This document shows positions 19,109-27,892 of a DNA stretch of 64,000 bases, piece after piece. Under the pieces are notes generated by a model, which did no database searches, had not been told where the DNA came from, and saw only the letters and a list, made by a program, of their open reading frames with translations. Position 1 is the stretch's first letter, and each line of letters begins with the position of its first letter. A program made the position numbers and the translations under genes. The stretch comes from a virus, in IMG/VR virus record IMGVR_UViG_3300042484_001840, positions 64,001-128,000 of that record. The stretch is one strand, 5' to 3'.

Positions 19109-19441
19109 ATGATTTGGAAAGCAAAAGCCTCCGACATTATTGACCACCTTGTTTACTCAGGGGCAGACACCTATGAGTGGTATCACGAACTCACCGAAAC
19201 CAAAGACGGACAAATTGTCTGTACGATGGAAACGGGCGAGTACGACGATGAGTCTGAACCGTTGACAGCGAGTGTTGCGTTCTCCCCCACTCACGCCTTG
19301 ACAGTCGCCAATGCGATTATCAAGGGACAGGGAGCGGGTTGGCGCACCGTTCAGTCAGCAGTCGCTAATGACGACTTTGACTCCGATGCCGCGGACATCG
19401 TTCTCCAGCACATCGTGCTGAGCGACTTGGTGTTCGGCTGA
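19109..19441 (+). CDS. Hypothetical acidic protein
   Basis: Start MIWKAK after the leader; ends DSDAADIVLQ...VFG. Confidence 0.65.
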   Translation: MIWKAKASDIIDHLVYSGADTYEWYHELTETKDGQIVCTMETGEYDDESEPLTASVAFSPTHALTVANAIIKGQGAGWRTVQSAVANDDFDSDAADIVLQHIVLSDLVFG

Positions 19442-19479
19442 GACTTCAGGGCGGGGGAGGGAAACCTCCCCCAAGACCC

Positions 19480-19523
19480 TGTGGATAACCTTTTCCACAG
19501 CCTGTGGATAACCCTGTGGATAA
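19480..19523. promoter_or_regulatory. DnaA-box cluster (4 boxes)
   Basis: TGTGGATAA at 19480, 19503 and 19515; TTTTCCACA at 19491. Confidence 0.78.
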
Positions 19524-19802
19524 CTTTCCCGATAGCCCCGTATACAAAGTGCGGGTGCGGGACTGTCACGATAAATAGTCGTGGAAATTCTTGAATTGAA
19601 AAAACGGGAAGCGGGGCTAACAAACTAAATAGCAGGGGTCAAGCCCCTGCCACACTAGTCACTCGGTCCACGAGAACCCGCAAATCCAACAGAATGTCTG
19701 TCATTTTGCCCGCCTCGGCAATACTGACTCCCCGCAAATCACGGAGAGTCTCGTCAATGAGGTTATATATTTCCTCGGTTGGCGTGAGTAAATTTAACTG
19801 AC

Positions 19803-20195
19803 TCATACTGTCGCCCCTTCCTTGATCTTGGCTAGTTGTTCGGCACGAATTGCGTTTACTTCCTCGGCTGAGAATACCTTACCGAACACGCTCAACATGG
19901 TACGAATGTCGTCGTCCACGCCCGTAGTGTTACCTTCCTCGTCGTACCCTGCGATAACAGCAGGTCCGACAAGTCGGTAACCTTCGCCAGCCAAAGTAGA
20001 AGCGAACTCGTTTAAGGCGAAGTCAGAACGGAATAAACCTTCCTCGTTCAACCACAAGTCAAGACCGTTCACCAATTGAACGCTCTCAATGAGTCCCTGA
20101 ACGAGACTCTGGAGAAACTCCAAAGACTTTTGACCTTCGGGCTTCTGAACAATGTACGGCGAACCGTCTAAATCGTTGATGTAAATGACTTGCAT
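19803..20195 (-). CDS. DUF3846-like protein
   Basis: LEFLQSLVQGLIE...LWLNEEG...N..A...LVGPAVI. Confidence 0.7.
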   Translation of the reverse strand: MQVIYINDLDGSPYIVQKPEGQKSLEFLQSLVQGLIESVQLVNGLDLWLNEEGLFRSDFALNEFASTLAGEGYRLVGPAVIAGYDEEGNTTGVDDDIRTMLSVFGKVFSAEEVNAIRAEQLAKIKEGATV

Positions 20196-20287
20196 AATTA
20201 GTCCCTTTCGTAGTAGTGTTTATATATTATAGCCTTGTGGGGCAGGAAAGTCAAATCCTGCCCCACAATTATTTCATTTCTTTAGGC

Positions 20288-20476
20288 TCAGACCGTGACC
20301 TTGCGTGCCTTGCGTCGCGCGCGGACATTGCGGATCTCTGCGCGAAGTGATGCGGTGAGTCCAGCCTTGATCCAAATGGCGGTTATCAAAGAAGCGTTGA
20401 TCATAACCAGCAAGCCTCTGATGACTTCCAAAGTGTAATCCGAGAGAGTGAAGTTGATAGTGTATTGAGCAATCAT
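20288..20476 (-). CDS. Small membrane protein
   Basis: One TM segment and a basic tail; cassette leader. Confidence 0.55.
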   Translation of the reverse strand: MIAQYTINFTLSDYTLEVIRGLLVMINASLITAIWIKAGLTASLRAEIRNVRARRKARKVTV

Positions 20477-20630
20477 TTTGTGCCTTTCGTAGTAGGTATG
20501 AGATAAGTATAGCGACTTTGTGTAACTTTTACAACCTTCTAGTAAGTGTCATTTGTCACACTACTCAATGTTGTAATTTCTACACAGACTCGCTATAATA
20601 TACTTGTACACAACTACTAAAGGAGAAAAT

Positions 20631-20864
20631 ATGCTCAGCACCAAAATTGGAAATAGTGACTGGTACTTCGTTCTCAACAACGGAGCGACTCGCAAGTTCT
20701 CAGTTCAGTTTCTCGGCAGACGACGAGGAGACGACAAGCGAGACATCGTGACATTCCGTGAAGGTGCGCCACACTACGAGGCGTACACGACCGAGACGGG
20801 CAAAGCAATTCCGAAGTTTGTCGCAAAAGCAATTTGGGAAGCAATGGAAAAGTCCCCCGCCTGA
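20631..20864 (+). CDS. Hypothetical protein
   Basis: Start MLSTK after ACTACTAAAGGAG. Confidence 0.6.
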   Translation: MLSTKIGNSDWYFVLNNGATRKFSVQFLGRRRGDDKRDIVTFREGAPHYEAYTTETGKAIPKFVAKAIWEAMEKSPA

Positions 20865-21045
20865 CAAGCGGGGGAAACCCTTTAGCCCCGTTGGATATAT
20901 GCGTGCGTGGAAAGTTTTGACGCTTCTCTTCCGCCACCGTCAATAGTAGGGAACACAGGGGCGGGGCTGTCACCCCTAAATAGGGGTGTTCAGGGGGCGT
21001 ACCTCACGATACGCCCCCTTCGGGTGGCCAAACTCGCCACTCGCC

Positions 21046-21492
21046 TCACTCCTCGTTGAACAAGTCGTTCAGCATTTGCGTTTCTAAGTTCCGCATACTA
21101 GAACTTTCCACGATGTCACTAACCATCTTGCCTAGGTCAAAGCCCGCTTCTGCGAGTTCTGCTAGAAGTTCCTCAGACGGTTCTTCCTCAACTTCGGCGT
21201 AGTGTTGTTGCTTCTCGTCGTCGCTCATCGCTTGGATACTGCGGTCATAGCCAACCCAATTCCCAATGTTTGAGTACTCGTCTAGTTGCTCGTGAGTAAG
21301 ATTGAACTCACGCATAACACGCTCGGTCATGACCGATGAAGGTATGCCTTCACCTAACTCCACGCTTCGCTTAGCGTTCTCTATGAGAAGGCTCGTACGG
21401 TAGTTACAAAGCCGTACGAAGTGGTCAGGGTAGTAGAACGATACTCCATTGGGGAATTCGCTATCAGGGAAAAAATCGGACTTGGTAATCAT
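21046..21492 (-). CDS. Hypothetical protein
   Basis: Start MITKS after CGAAAGGA. Confidence 0.6.
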   Translation of the reverse strand: MITKSDFFPDSEFPNGVSFYYPDHFVRLCNYRTSLLIENAKRSVELGEGIPSSVMTERVMREFNLTHEQLDEYSNIGNWVGYDRSIQAMSDDEKQQHYAEVEEEPSEELLAELAEAGFDLGKMVSDIVESSSMRNLETQMLNDLFNEE

Positions 21493-21508
21493 TAGTAATC
21501 CTTTCGGG

Positions 21509-21736
21509 TCAGAGGTCTGGTAAGTAATCAAATTCTACGGTTGTCTCCCAAGAGATATCTTTCATTTCCCAACCGTAGTGGTAGCGAAGGTTCTTGGTTG
21601 CCATGTCAATGGCGACTTCTGTTAGTTGGTCATTATCCAAGTTGGTGAATGACGGCTCCTCTAAATCTATCTCAACAAAGTGAGTCAGAGAAAAGAAATC
21701 TCCAACAAAGGTGACATTACAACTTGCGTGCTTCAT
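21509..21736 (-). CDS. Hypothetical protein
   Basis: Leader with CGAAAGGA. Confidence 0.55.
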   Translation of the reverse strand: MKHASCNVTFVGDFFSLTHFVEIDLEEPSFTNLDNDQLTEVAIDMATKNLRYHYGWEMKDISWETTVEFDYLPDL

Positions 21737-21779
21737 AGTAATCCTTTCGGTTGTAGTTGGTATGGGGTGAAGTTGGGGG

Positions 21780-22295
21780 TCAGACCCCCAACTCCTCGGC
21801 TAGTTGCTTCTGAGTCTTACCTAGGTGCTTCTTAGCGCACACAGGGCCGACTCCGACACGATGACCGTAGCCATCCTTGTCGTCTAGTTCGGCACTACAG
21901 AACAAACAAACGCCCGTACGCACGCCGTACTCCATAGCGACGAGTGCGGTGACCTTTTCGGTTGGCGAGAGCAGGGAGATCGCTCCACGCTCGTAAATCC
22001 AACCGCTTTCGCCACGACGCATTGCGTAGAGATTGCCACCTTCGGATTGCTTCACCTTGTAGATCAAGTGACCGACGAGGTAGAAACCGACTTCGGTAAC
22101 CTTCTCGGCAGGCTTGACTTCCGTAGCAGGCTTAGCCATAACCTTGGCGAACATTGAACGGATAGCCTTTTCTTGCGCTTCGCTCAATGCGCCCTTGTTC
22201 TCAAAAGTCTTAGCGATTGAGATTGCGAACGCACTCCACTGTTGGGCTTTCGCCCATTCAATGACGGAAGTAATCGGGGTCAATGTGGTAGTCAT
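21780..22295 (-). CDS. DUF6011-like Zn-finger protein
   Basis: G.CLFCSAELDD...GVGPVCAKK. Confidence 0.7.
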   Translation of the reverse strand: MTTTLTPITSVIEWAKAQQWSAFAISIAKTFENKGALSEAQEKAIRSMFAKVMAKPATEVKPAEKVTEVGFYLVGHLIYKVKQSEGGNLYAMRRGESGWIYERGAISLLSPTEKVTALVAMEYGVRTGVCLFCSAELDDKDGYGHRVGVGPVCAKKHLGKTQKQLAEELGV

Positions 22296-22370
22296 AATTT
22301 CTCCTTAGTAGTAGTGGTGATAAATACAAGTATACAGCAGGGGTGTATGAATTACAACCCCTGCCTCGGC

Positions 22371-22493
22371 TCACCAAGTTGGTGGCCGACCGATGAAGTT
22401 GCCATCGGAGTCGTAGCAACCATTGTCGGGGTCAAGGTAGCCCTGAGCGTCGTAGCGGTCAGGATCGTTGTAGTCGTCATGATCGTTATTCAT
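22371..22493 (-). CDS. 40-aa acidic peptide
   Basis: MNNDHDDYNDPDRYDAQGYLDPDNGCYDSDGNFIGRPPTW, with its own promoter/leader. Confidence 0.55.
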   Translation of the reverse strand: MNNDHDDYNDPDRYDAQGYLDPDNGCYDSDGNFIGRPPTW

Positions 22494-22816
22494 AATTTCC
22501 CCTTTGTAGTAGTTGGTATTTAATAAGTATACAGGCTTCGTGTAAGAATTACAACCTTATTCGCAAGATTATTGGTGTGACATTGGTCACAGGCCAGTCG
22601 TCTGGGGGCTTGGGGGTCGTCGGCCGGGTTTGGGGAGTTTGGCCACCCTGCTTCGGAGGCATTTAGTCCCGCTTGGTTATGGCGAGTTTCCCGTGTTTGT
22701 CGCAAGCCCCGCAGGTGAAAACGGCAAAGCGGAGATGCGGGGCTAGTGGTGGTTTTCGGATTAGCAATTATATGTAAGGGGTGGGGCAGGGTTTCCCCCG
22801 CCCCACCATGCCCCTG

Positions 22817-23185
22817 TCACCACACAGGAGTAAATCGTCGCTCGTCGGCGTTGTAAGCGTGTTCGTAGTGAGTGCCTTTATTCTCAAGGTTACGAACTTC
22901 AATTTCTTGAACGAGACGCTTGGCAATTGCGCTGAAGTTCAAGCCATCAGTGCCTGCCACCATTCGCTTGCGTCGGTGGGCGATAACCGAAGCGGTAACC
23001 AATTCCGAACGCTTGAGTGCGTTCTCGTCGGCGTACACCTTCGTTACTGCGTCGGCTACTTGTTGGTAATCCCAACAGGCGTTGTACATTCCGCCGAGCA
23101 GTGTAATTAAATCAAATCGTGACGGAAGTGAATAGTAATCGCCCTGTAATTTGGTGGGCTTATTCTTATGCCATTTGGTAAGCAT
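22817..23185 (-). CDS. Hypothetical protein
   Basis: Cassette promoter/leader upstream. Confidence 0.6.
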   Translation of the reverse strand: MLTKWHKNKPTKLQGDYYSLPSRFDLITLLGGMYNACWDYQQVADAVTKVYADENALKRSELVTASVIAHRRKRMVAGTDGLNFSAIAKRLVQEIEVRNLENKGTHYEHAYNADERRFTPVW

Positions 23186-23358
23186 ATTTTTTCCTTTCGT
23201 AGTAGTGGTTATGAATATAAGTATACACCTTCTGTGTAGGAATTACAACTTCTAGCGTCAAATAATTGTGTGACAAATGACACTAGGCAGAACTGTGTAA
23301 ATGCTACACCCACCTGCTATACTTGTATATGTAAGGAAAACCTACCGAAAGGAATACT

Positions 23359-23541
23359 ATGAATAACGCAGAATTGTTCGTGTGGAATGAAATTGAAGAG
23401 GGCTTCATTCGTGAGTATGGAATTGAAGACGGTATACGAGTGTGCGATTACGCACAGCGTGTATATTACAGGAGTGGCAAGATGACCCTAGCCGTCAAGG
23501 CGGCAACGGAATGGGCTAGCAGAATGAGAATGGGAGTCTGA
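23359..23541 (+). CDS. Small protein, paralog family A
   Basis: WNEIEEGFIREYGIEDGIR, similar to the 25375 and 28374 genes. Confidence 0.6.
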   Translation: MNNAELFVWNEIEEGFIREYGIEDGIRVCDYAQRVYYRSGKMTLAVKAATEWASRMRMGV

Positions 23542-23542
23542 T

Positions 23543-23743
23543 ATGGCAAGTGTTTCAGTAAGCGGTGTCGCCCTACTAGGTAAGACAACGGCAGTAGGTT
23601 CTCATATAGATTTACGAGAACGCCTAGCCTACCTAGAGGGCGTTCTCAGCGGGCTAGAGAACGCTGGAGTAGTTCTGCCTACGGGAGACTACGAGACGCT
23701 CTACAGGACGCTCAAAGATACCAAAGAATTTCTTTACGAATAA
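23543..23743 (+). CDS. Hypothetical protein
   Basis: Immediately follows the previous gene. Confidence 0.5.
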   Translation: MASVSVSGVALLGKTTAVGSHIDLRERLAYLEGVLSGLENAGVVLPTGDYETLYRTLKDTKEFLYE

Positions 23744-23744
23744 C

Positions 23745-23773
23745 TTGACATTCCTACACCTAGGGTGTATAAT
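23745..23773 (+). promoter_or_regulatory. Perfect sigma-70/SigA consensus promoter
   Basis: TTGACA-17bp-TATAAT. Confidence 0.8.
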
Positions 23774-23808
23774 ATACCTATAACGAAAACTAACCGAAAG
23801 GACTACTA

Positions 23809-23979
23809 ATGGCTACCGTTCCCAACTACGAAATTGAACGACTAAATGAGTTTGTCGCAGAAATTGAAATTGCGATTAAGGAACACGGTTACGCATATGC
23901 GTACGGTGCGACAATGTTCAACTTGAAGTCTTTGCTCAACCAAATTACCCGTGAGCCAGCACCTTGGGAGAACCTATGA
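23809..23979 (+). CDS. Small hypothetical protein (56 aa)
   Basis: MATVPNYEIERLNEF... after CGAAAGGA and the consensus promoter. Confidence 0.55.
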   Translation: MATVPNYEIERLNEFVAEIEIAIKEHGYAYAYGATMFNLKSLLNQITREPAPWENL

Positions 23980-24091
23980 AATACAAATGGAATGAACTAG
24001 AAAAGTTCGCCTTCGCCACGCAGAAGTTGCGGGCGAACCGAATTCCTGACAAGAAAAAAGAGTCAAACCGAAAAGCGTGTAGGAAGCGAGA

Positions 24092-24364
24092 CTACTGAGT
24101 CTCGCCAACTACTCCGCTAGCCCCGCCCTCATCTTGAGCGTGCGGGGCTTTTGCTTTCCATAAACCAATTGGACATTCTGCATTGGACAGGGTTGTCTTC
24201 AATGGCATGAAGCACCCGCAAATTCCGCAAGTGCTTAGACGCTTACTGAAGTGGTCACAGCCCCGACAGATGTCTAAGCGTTCTTTTCGTTCCAAGCGGG
24301 TCAAGCGGGGGATTGACGGGCGTAGTAAATCCGTGAATTGCGCAGGAGATTGTTCTTCGTTCAT
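24092..24364 (-). CDS. Cys-rich small protein (DUF6171-like)
   Basis: RLDICRGCDHF...CGICGCFMPLK...CPIGLW. Confidence 0.6.
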   Translation of the reverse strand: MNEEQSPAQFTDLLRPSIPRLTRLERKERLDICRGCDHFSKRLSTCGICGCFMPLKTTLSNAECPIGLWKAKAPHAQDEGGASGVVGETQ

Positions 24365-24434
24365 ACGCTAATTGTATCCACGGAAGTATACCTAAGGGGT
24401 ATGACATAGTTGCCCATGCCATACCCCTTGATTA

Positions 24435-24788
24435 TCACAATTGGATAAACCTACCCAATTTGAATATCTGCTGGATAAGTGCGCCCCATGAGCAGTAGTA
24501 GTGCATGACTACCAATTTCTTGCTCGCTGGGTAATACTTGCCCGTACCCCAAGTATCTGTCTTAGTGGGGTTCTCGCCTTGATTAACAGCATACGGTTGA
24601 TTGAGTGCCACTCCGCAACAGGAACAGGGTAGTGAACCAAATTCGCCATCAAGGGCTAAGTGGATCATCTGCATGTTGCGCTTACGCTTCATGCCTTGGC
24701 GGAGTGCTTCAAGCGTGTCTGCTTCGGCGTATGCCTTAGCACCGTGTTCCCACGGTTTACGGTAAGCGGGTTTAGTAATGGTAGTCAT
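24435..24788 (-). CDS. Hypothetical protein
   Basis: Start MTTITK after the leader. Confidence 0.6.
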   Translation of the reverse strand: MTTITKPAYRKPWEHGAKAYAEADTLEALRQGMKRKRNMQMIHLALDGEFGSLPCSCCGVALNQPYAVNQGENPTKTDTWGTGKYYPASKKLVVMHYYCSWGALIQQIFKLGRFIQL

Positions 24789-24903
24789 TAGTAGTCCTCT
24801 CAGTAGTTGTAAATATAAGTATACAGGAGAAGTGTAACAATTACAACATTGCATAGTATGACAATTGTCACTATCGGTATTGCGCCTAATTACTTATGAG
24901 TAT

Positions 24904-24932
24904 ATTATACACGATAGGTGAATGAATGTCAA
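24904..24932 (-). promoter_or_regulatory. Perfect sigma-70/SigA consensus promoter with AT-rich upstream tract
   Basis: Minus-strand TTGACA-17bp-TATAAT; 24933-24993 is almost all A/T. Confidence 0.75.
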
Positions 24933-25187
24933 GTATTTACACAAAATAATTTATTATATTTAGTTTTATAAATAATATCTATAATATATAAATGTCTTCC
25001 GCCACCGTCAATAGTAGAAGCGCTTAGCCCCGTTCATTTTTTGGCAAATTTATATCATTTCTACCAATTTCATATCAGTTCGGGTGCGGGGCTGTCAGCC
25101 TTCTGAAATACTTTGTAATACAAGGTGATACAGGGAATTACTGCGTGCGGGGCTAATAGTTTTCTTTCCCGCCAATCAAGTCGCCCC

Positions 25188-25292
25188 TCATTCCATCAAA
25201 TCTTTAAAATCATCCCAAAACAGAGCGACAATAATTCCCGCAACCATTCCAAGCGCCCCAAGTCCAATCAAAAAGTCGTTTAGCAATTCCAT
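25188..25292 (-). CDS. 34-aa membrane micropeptide
   Basis: MELLNDFLIGLGALGMVAGIIVALFWDDFKDLME after ACTACAAAGGAG. Confidence 0.55.
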   Translation of the reverse strand: MELLNDFLIGLGALGMVAGIIVALFWDDFKDLME

Positions 25293-25374
25293 AATTTCTC
25301 CTTTGTAGTAGTTGGTTACATAGACAATTATACAGGAGGGGTGTGGCAGAGTTTCCCCTGCCACCCCCAAGCGA

Positions 25375-25554
25375 TCAGTAGACCGCTCGCTCTCGGCGTT
25401 CCCACTCAATCGCATTGGCGACTGCCTTGGCAATCCCCTTGGCGGTTTGGCTATGAGTACGACTGGCTCGTTCACCAATTCGCAACCCTCGCTCTAACCC
25501 GTACTGGCGGATTAGGTTTTCGTGGATCTCATCCCATAAGAATTTGGTATTCAT
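25375..25554 (-). CDS. Small protein, paralog family A
   Basis: MNTKFLWDEIHENLIRQYGLERGLR. Confidence 0.6.
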   Translation of the reverse strand: MNTKFLWDEIHENLIRQYGLERGLRIGERASRTHSQTAKGIAKAVANAIEWERRERAVY

Positions 25555-25642
25555 ATTTTCTCCCTTAGTAGTGGTGACTTCCTTACATATATAAGTATAC
25601 ACAAGGGGTGTGGCAGAGTTCCCTCCGCCACGCCCCCAGCGA

Positions 25643-26008
25643 TCAGTAATCCTCATCCTCATCGTCCTCGTCCTCTTGGCTGAGAAACTCCTCATCGTCC
25701 ATCCATTCGCCCTGCCCGATGAGACTCACGAAACCTGCGTTGGGGTTCTCGTGGTTGGTTGTGACTGCGTTGATGAACTTCAGACCACACGACTCGTCCC
25801 ACCAAACTTTGAGCGTGGTGAGCATTTCCTCAGAAGTGCCCTCAAAAGTGCGGTCATCGCAGTGAACGCCGTTATAGTTCTCACGGAACCAGCCCGCCTG
25901 CTCCTCGTCCATTGCGAGGTAGATTTTGTGGCAACCGTCCCAAGCGATAAGGAGAGCGCCCTCAAGAGCGTCCTCAACTGGGTCAAATAAATTGTCTAAG
26001 GTTTTCAT
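25643..26008 (-). CDS. Hypothetical phage protein with acidic tail
   Basis: IAWDGCHKIYLAMD...WWDESCGLKFI. Confidence 0.65.
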   Translation of the reverse strand: MKTLDNLFDPVEDALEGALLIAWDGCHKIYLAMDEEQAGWFRENYNGVHCDDRTFEGTSEEMLTTLKVWWDESCGLKFINAVTTNHENPNAGFVSLIGQGEWMDDEEFLSQEDEDDEDEDY

Positions 26009-26098
26009 AGTTTGTCCCTTTCAGTAGTTGTTGCTTACTTAGTAATTATACACAAGGGGTGTGGCAGAGTTTCCTCCGCCACCCCCTGACGCTTGAGA

Positions 26099-26314
26099 TC
26101 AGATCTCAGCCTCCCACATACGGCAGATCTCCTTGGTGATATGGAGACCCTGAACAAGTGCCAAGCCAATGGCTCGCTTTAGTTCGTTGGGCGTTGCCAA
26201 GGGGAGGTAGTTGTCAATGTCCTCCCAAGCCTTGAGACCAGCAAGGATTTCCTCGTAGGTCTTGCTGGCATAAGCCTTGTCATTACTAGTTGGGAACTTG
26301 GTTTCGGTAGTCAT
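26099..26314 (-). CDS. Hypothetical protein
   Basis: Cassette promoter/leader upstream. Confidence 0.55.
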   Translation of the reverse strand: MTTETKFPTSNDKAYASKTYEEILAGLKAWEDIDNYLPLATPNELKRAIGLALVQGLHITKEICRMWEAEI

Positions 26315-26654
26315 AATTTGTCCTCTCGGTAGTGGTTTTCCTTACCTAGTAAGTATACACCTTGGGTGTAGCACTTACACCATTATTCGTGTTACAGAAT
26401 GGTTACAGATTTATGACGGAAATGTAATGGAGAGCCAAAATGCCGATATGGGCAATGTGTCACCATTACACGCTAGAACGCCCCCTAAGCGCCTGACCCC
26501 CCTCTCCGCCCCTAGCACCCAATCCTGAGCCTGAAACGGCTGAGAGACGATTTCCACAGATTTATACACAGCCTCTGAGCAGGGGAAATGTGGCAAAACC
26601 CCAGCGTGAGGGCACTTTTTGCATAACCCCTGCTAGTGGGCTTACACACGGTGG

Positions 26655-26950
26655 TTATCCACAGAAGTGACCACTTACCACCAGATTTCACCAGTAGTTA
26701 TCCACAGGGGTGTGTATAAAGTTGGGGATAAGGTTATCCACAGGATATCCACAGGGTGTGGATAAAGTAGTTGTACTGTGCAAGTAAGTTATCCACAGGG
26801 GGTGTGGATAAAGGTGTGGATAAAGTTTTCCACAGGGTGTGGATAAACCTGTGGAAAAGATAGTTGTAGTCTACAAGTAAGTTTTCCACAGGATGGGGAT
26901 AAAGTTGTGGATAAAGTTATCAACAGGGCTGTGGATAAAGTTGTGGATAA
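26655..26950. repeat. Dense DnaA-box array (19 boxes: one lone box plus three ~92-bp units of 6)
   Basis: 15 exact TTWTNCACA matches (either strand) plus 4 one-mismatch boxes at 11-14-bp pitch. Confidence 0.9.
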
Positions 26951-27059
26951 CTTTTTGCTCTGTAAAAAATTCTCTTCCGCCACCGTCAAAGTTTTAGAAA
27001 CGAGGGGGCGGGGCTAGTCCCCTACTAACAAGAATTGAAAAATCTGAACTTATAAAAAA

Positions 27060-27147
27060 AAGCATTAGCCCCGTTTGTTTTTTCAAGAAGCATTAGCCCC
27101 GTTTGTTTTTTGAGTTTTCCACAGGTTTTTCCACAGGCTGTGGATAA
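27060..27147. repeat. 28-bp tandem duplication followed by 3 DnaA boxes
   Basis: AAGCATTAGCCCCGTTTGTTTTTT x2; TTTTCCACA at 27115 and 27127, TGTGGATAA at 27139. Confidence 0.75.
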
Positions 27148-27179
27148 GGGGGTAGGGTTTGACCCCCACCCCCACTCAA

Positions 27180-27377
27180 TCACCAAGGGCACTCGTTGTG
27201 TCCTTTTCTCATTATCCATCGCGATTTCATTTCGCTGACGAATCGGTAGGCAACTTTGTGCGGACTCCATAAGTAAGCGAGTCGCCTGATGCCTGTCATG
27301 TCCTCAGCCTCGTCCAATTCGCAATTGGCGGGCATGTAAAGCGAACCGCTCCACTCTAGTCCTTTGAGCCATTTCAT
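27180..27377 (-). CDS. Hypothetical protein
   Basis: Start MKWLKG after AAGGAG. Confidence 0.55.
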   Translation of the reverse strand: MKWLKGLEWSGSLYMPANCELDEAEDMTGIRRLAYLWSPHKVAYRFVSEMKSRWIMRKGHNECPW

Positions 27378-27555
27378 ATTTTCTCCTTCTAGTAGTTCCT
27401 TACATATACAAGTATAGCAGACTTGTGTAACCATTACAACATTTATCAACAAATATCTTTGTGACAAAAGACACGCCGTACAATGGTGTAAACTCTACAC
27501 CCTCATGCTATACTTATGGAGTACGGAAAACCTACTACTAAACAAGGGAGACAGT

Positions 27556-27834
27556 ATGAAGTTCATGACCGAAACGCTAGTGACAGACACGCTCTGCTAC
27601 GAAGTAATTGCCGAGACAGCCAAGACGCTGACAATCAGGTCAATGGCACGAGGCGAGCAGGTGTACACCGATGGCGCACCATTGCCAGTAATCGGACTCC
27701 GAGCGATTTCTGATCCGAACGGAGACACCAAAGTGGTGAGACTCCGTAAAGACGGAACTTACCGCAAGGCTCAGGGATACAACCCCCTGCGGTTCACCGA
27801 GACTCCGATCTTCTACACGGACTACAAGTACTGA
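27556..27834 (+). CDS. Hypothetical phage protein
   Basis: Start MKFMTE after the leader; RLRKDG motif. Confidence 0.6.
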   Translation: MKFMTETLVTDTLCYEVIAETAKTLTIRSMARGEQVYTDGAPLPVIGLRAISDPNGDTKVVRLRKDGTYRKAQGYNPLRFTETPIFYTDYKY

Positions 27835-27870
27835 GAGATGGGCGGGGGGCGAAAGCCCCCCCCCCCCCAG

Positions 27871-27892
27871 TTATCCACAGGGCTGTGGACAA
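27871..27892. promoter_or_regulatory. DnaA-box pair
   Basis: TTATCCACA at 27871, TGTGGACAA at 27884. Confidence 0.65.

Noticed and set aside
26655-26950. CRISPR array
   Set aside because: The repeats are 9-bp boxes in both orientations with 2-5-bp gaps, there are no unique 30-40-bp spacers, and no cas genes are present.
26789-27270. ORFs rich in LST/VIHR/CGK (also 18142-18389, 19351-19623, 37688-37954)
   Set aside because: They are translations of DnaA boxes in spacers and lack the leader seen on real genes.
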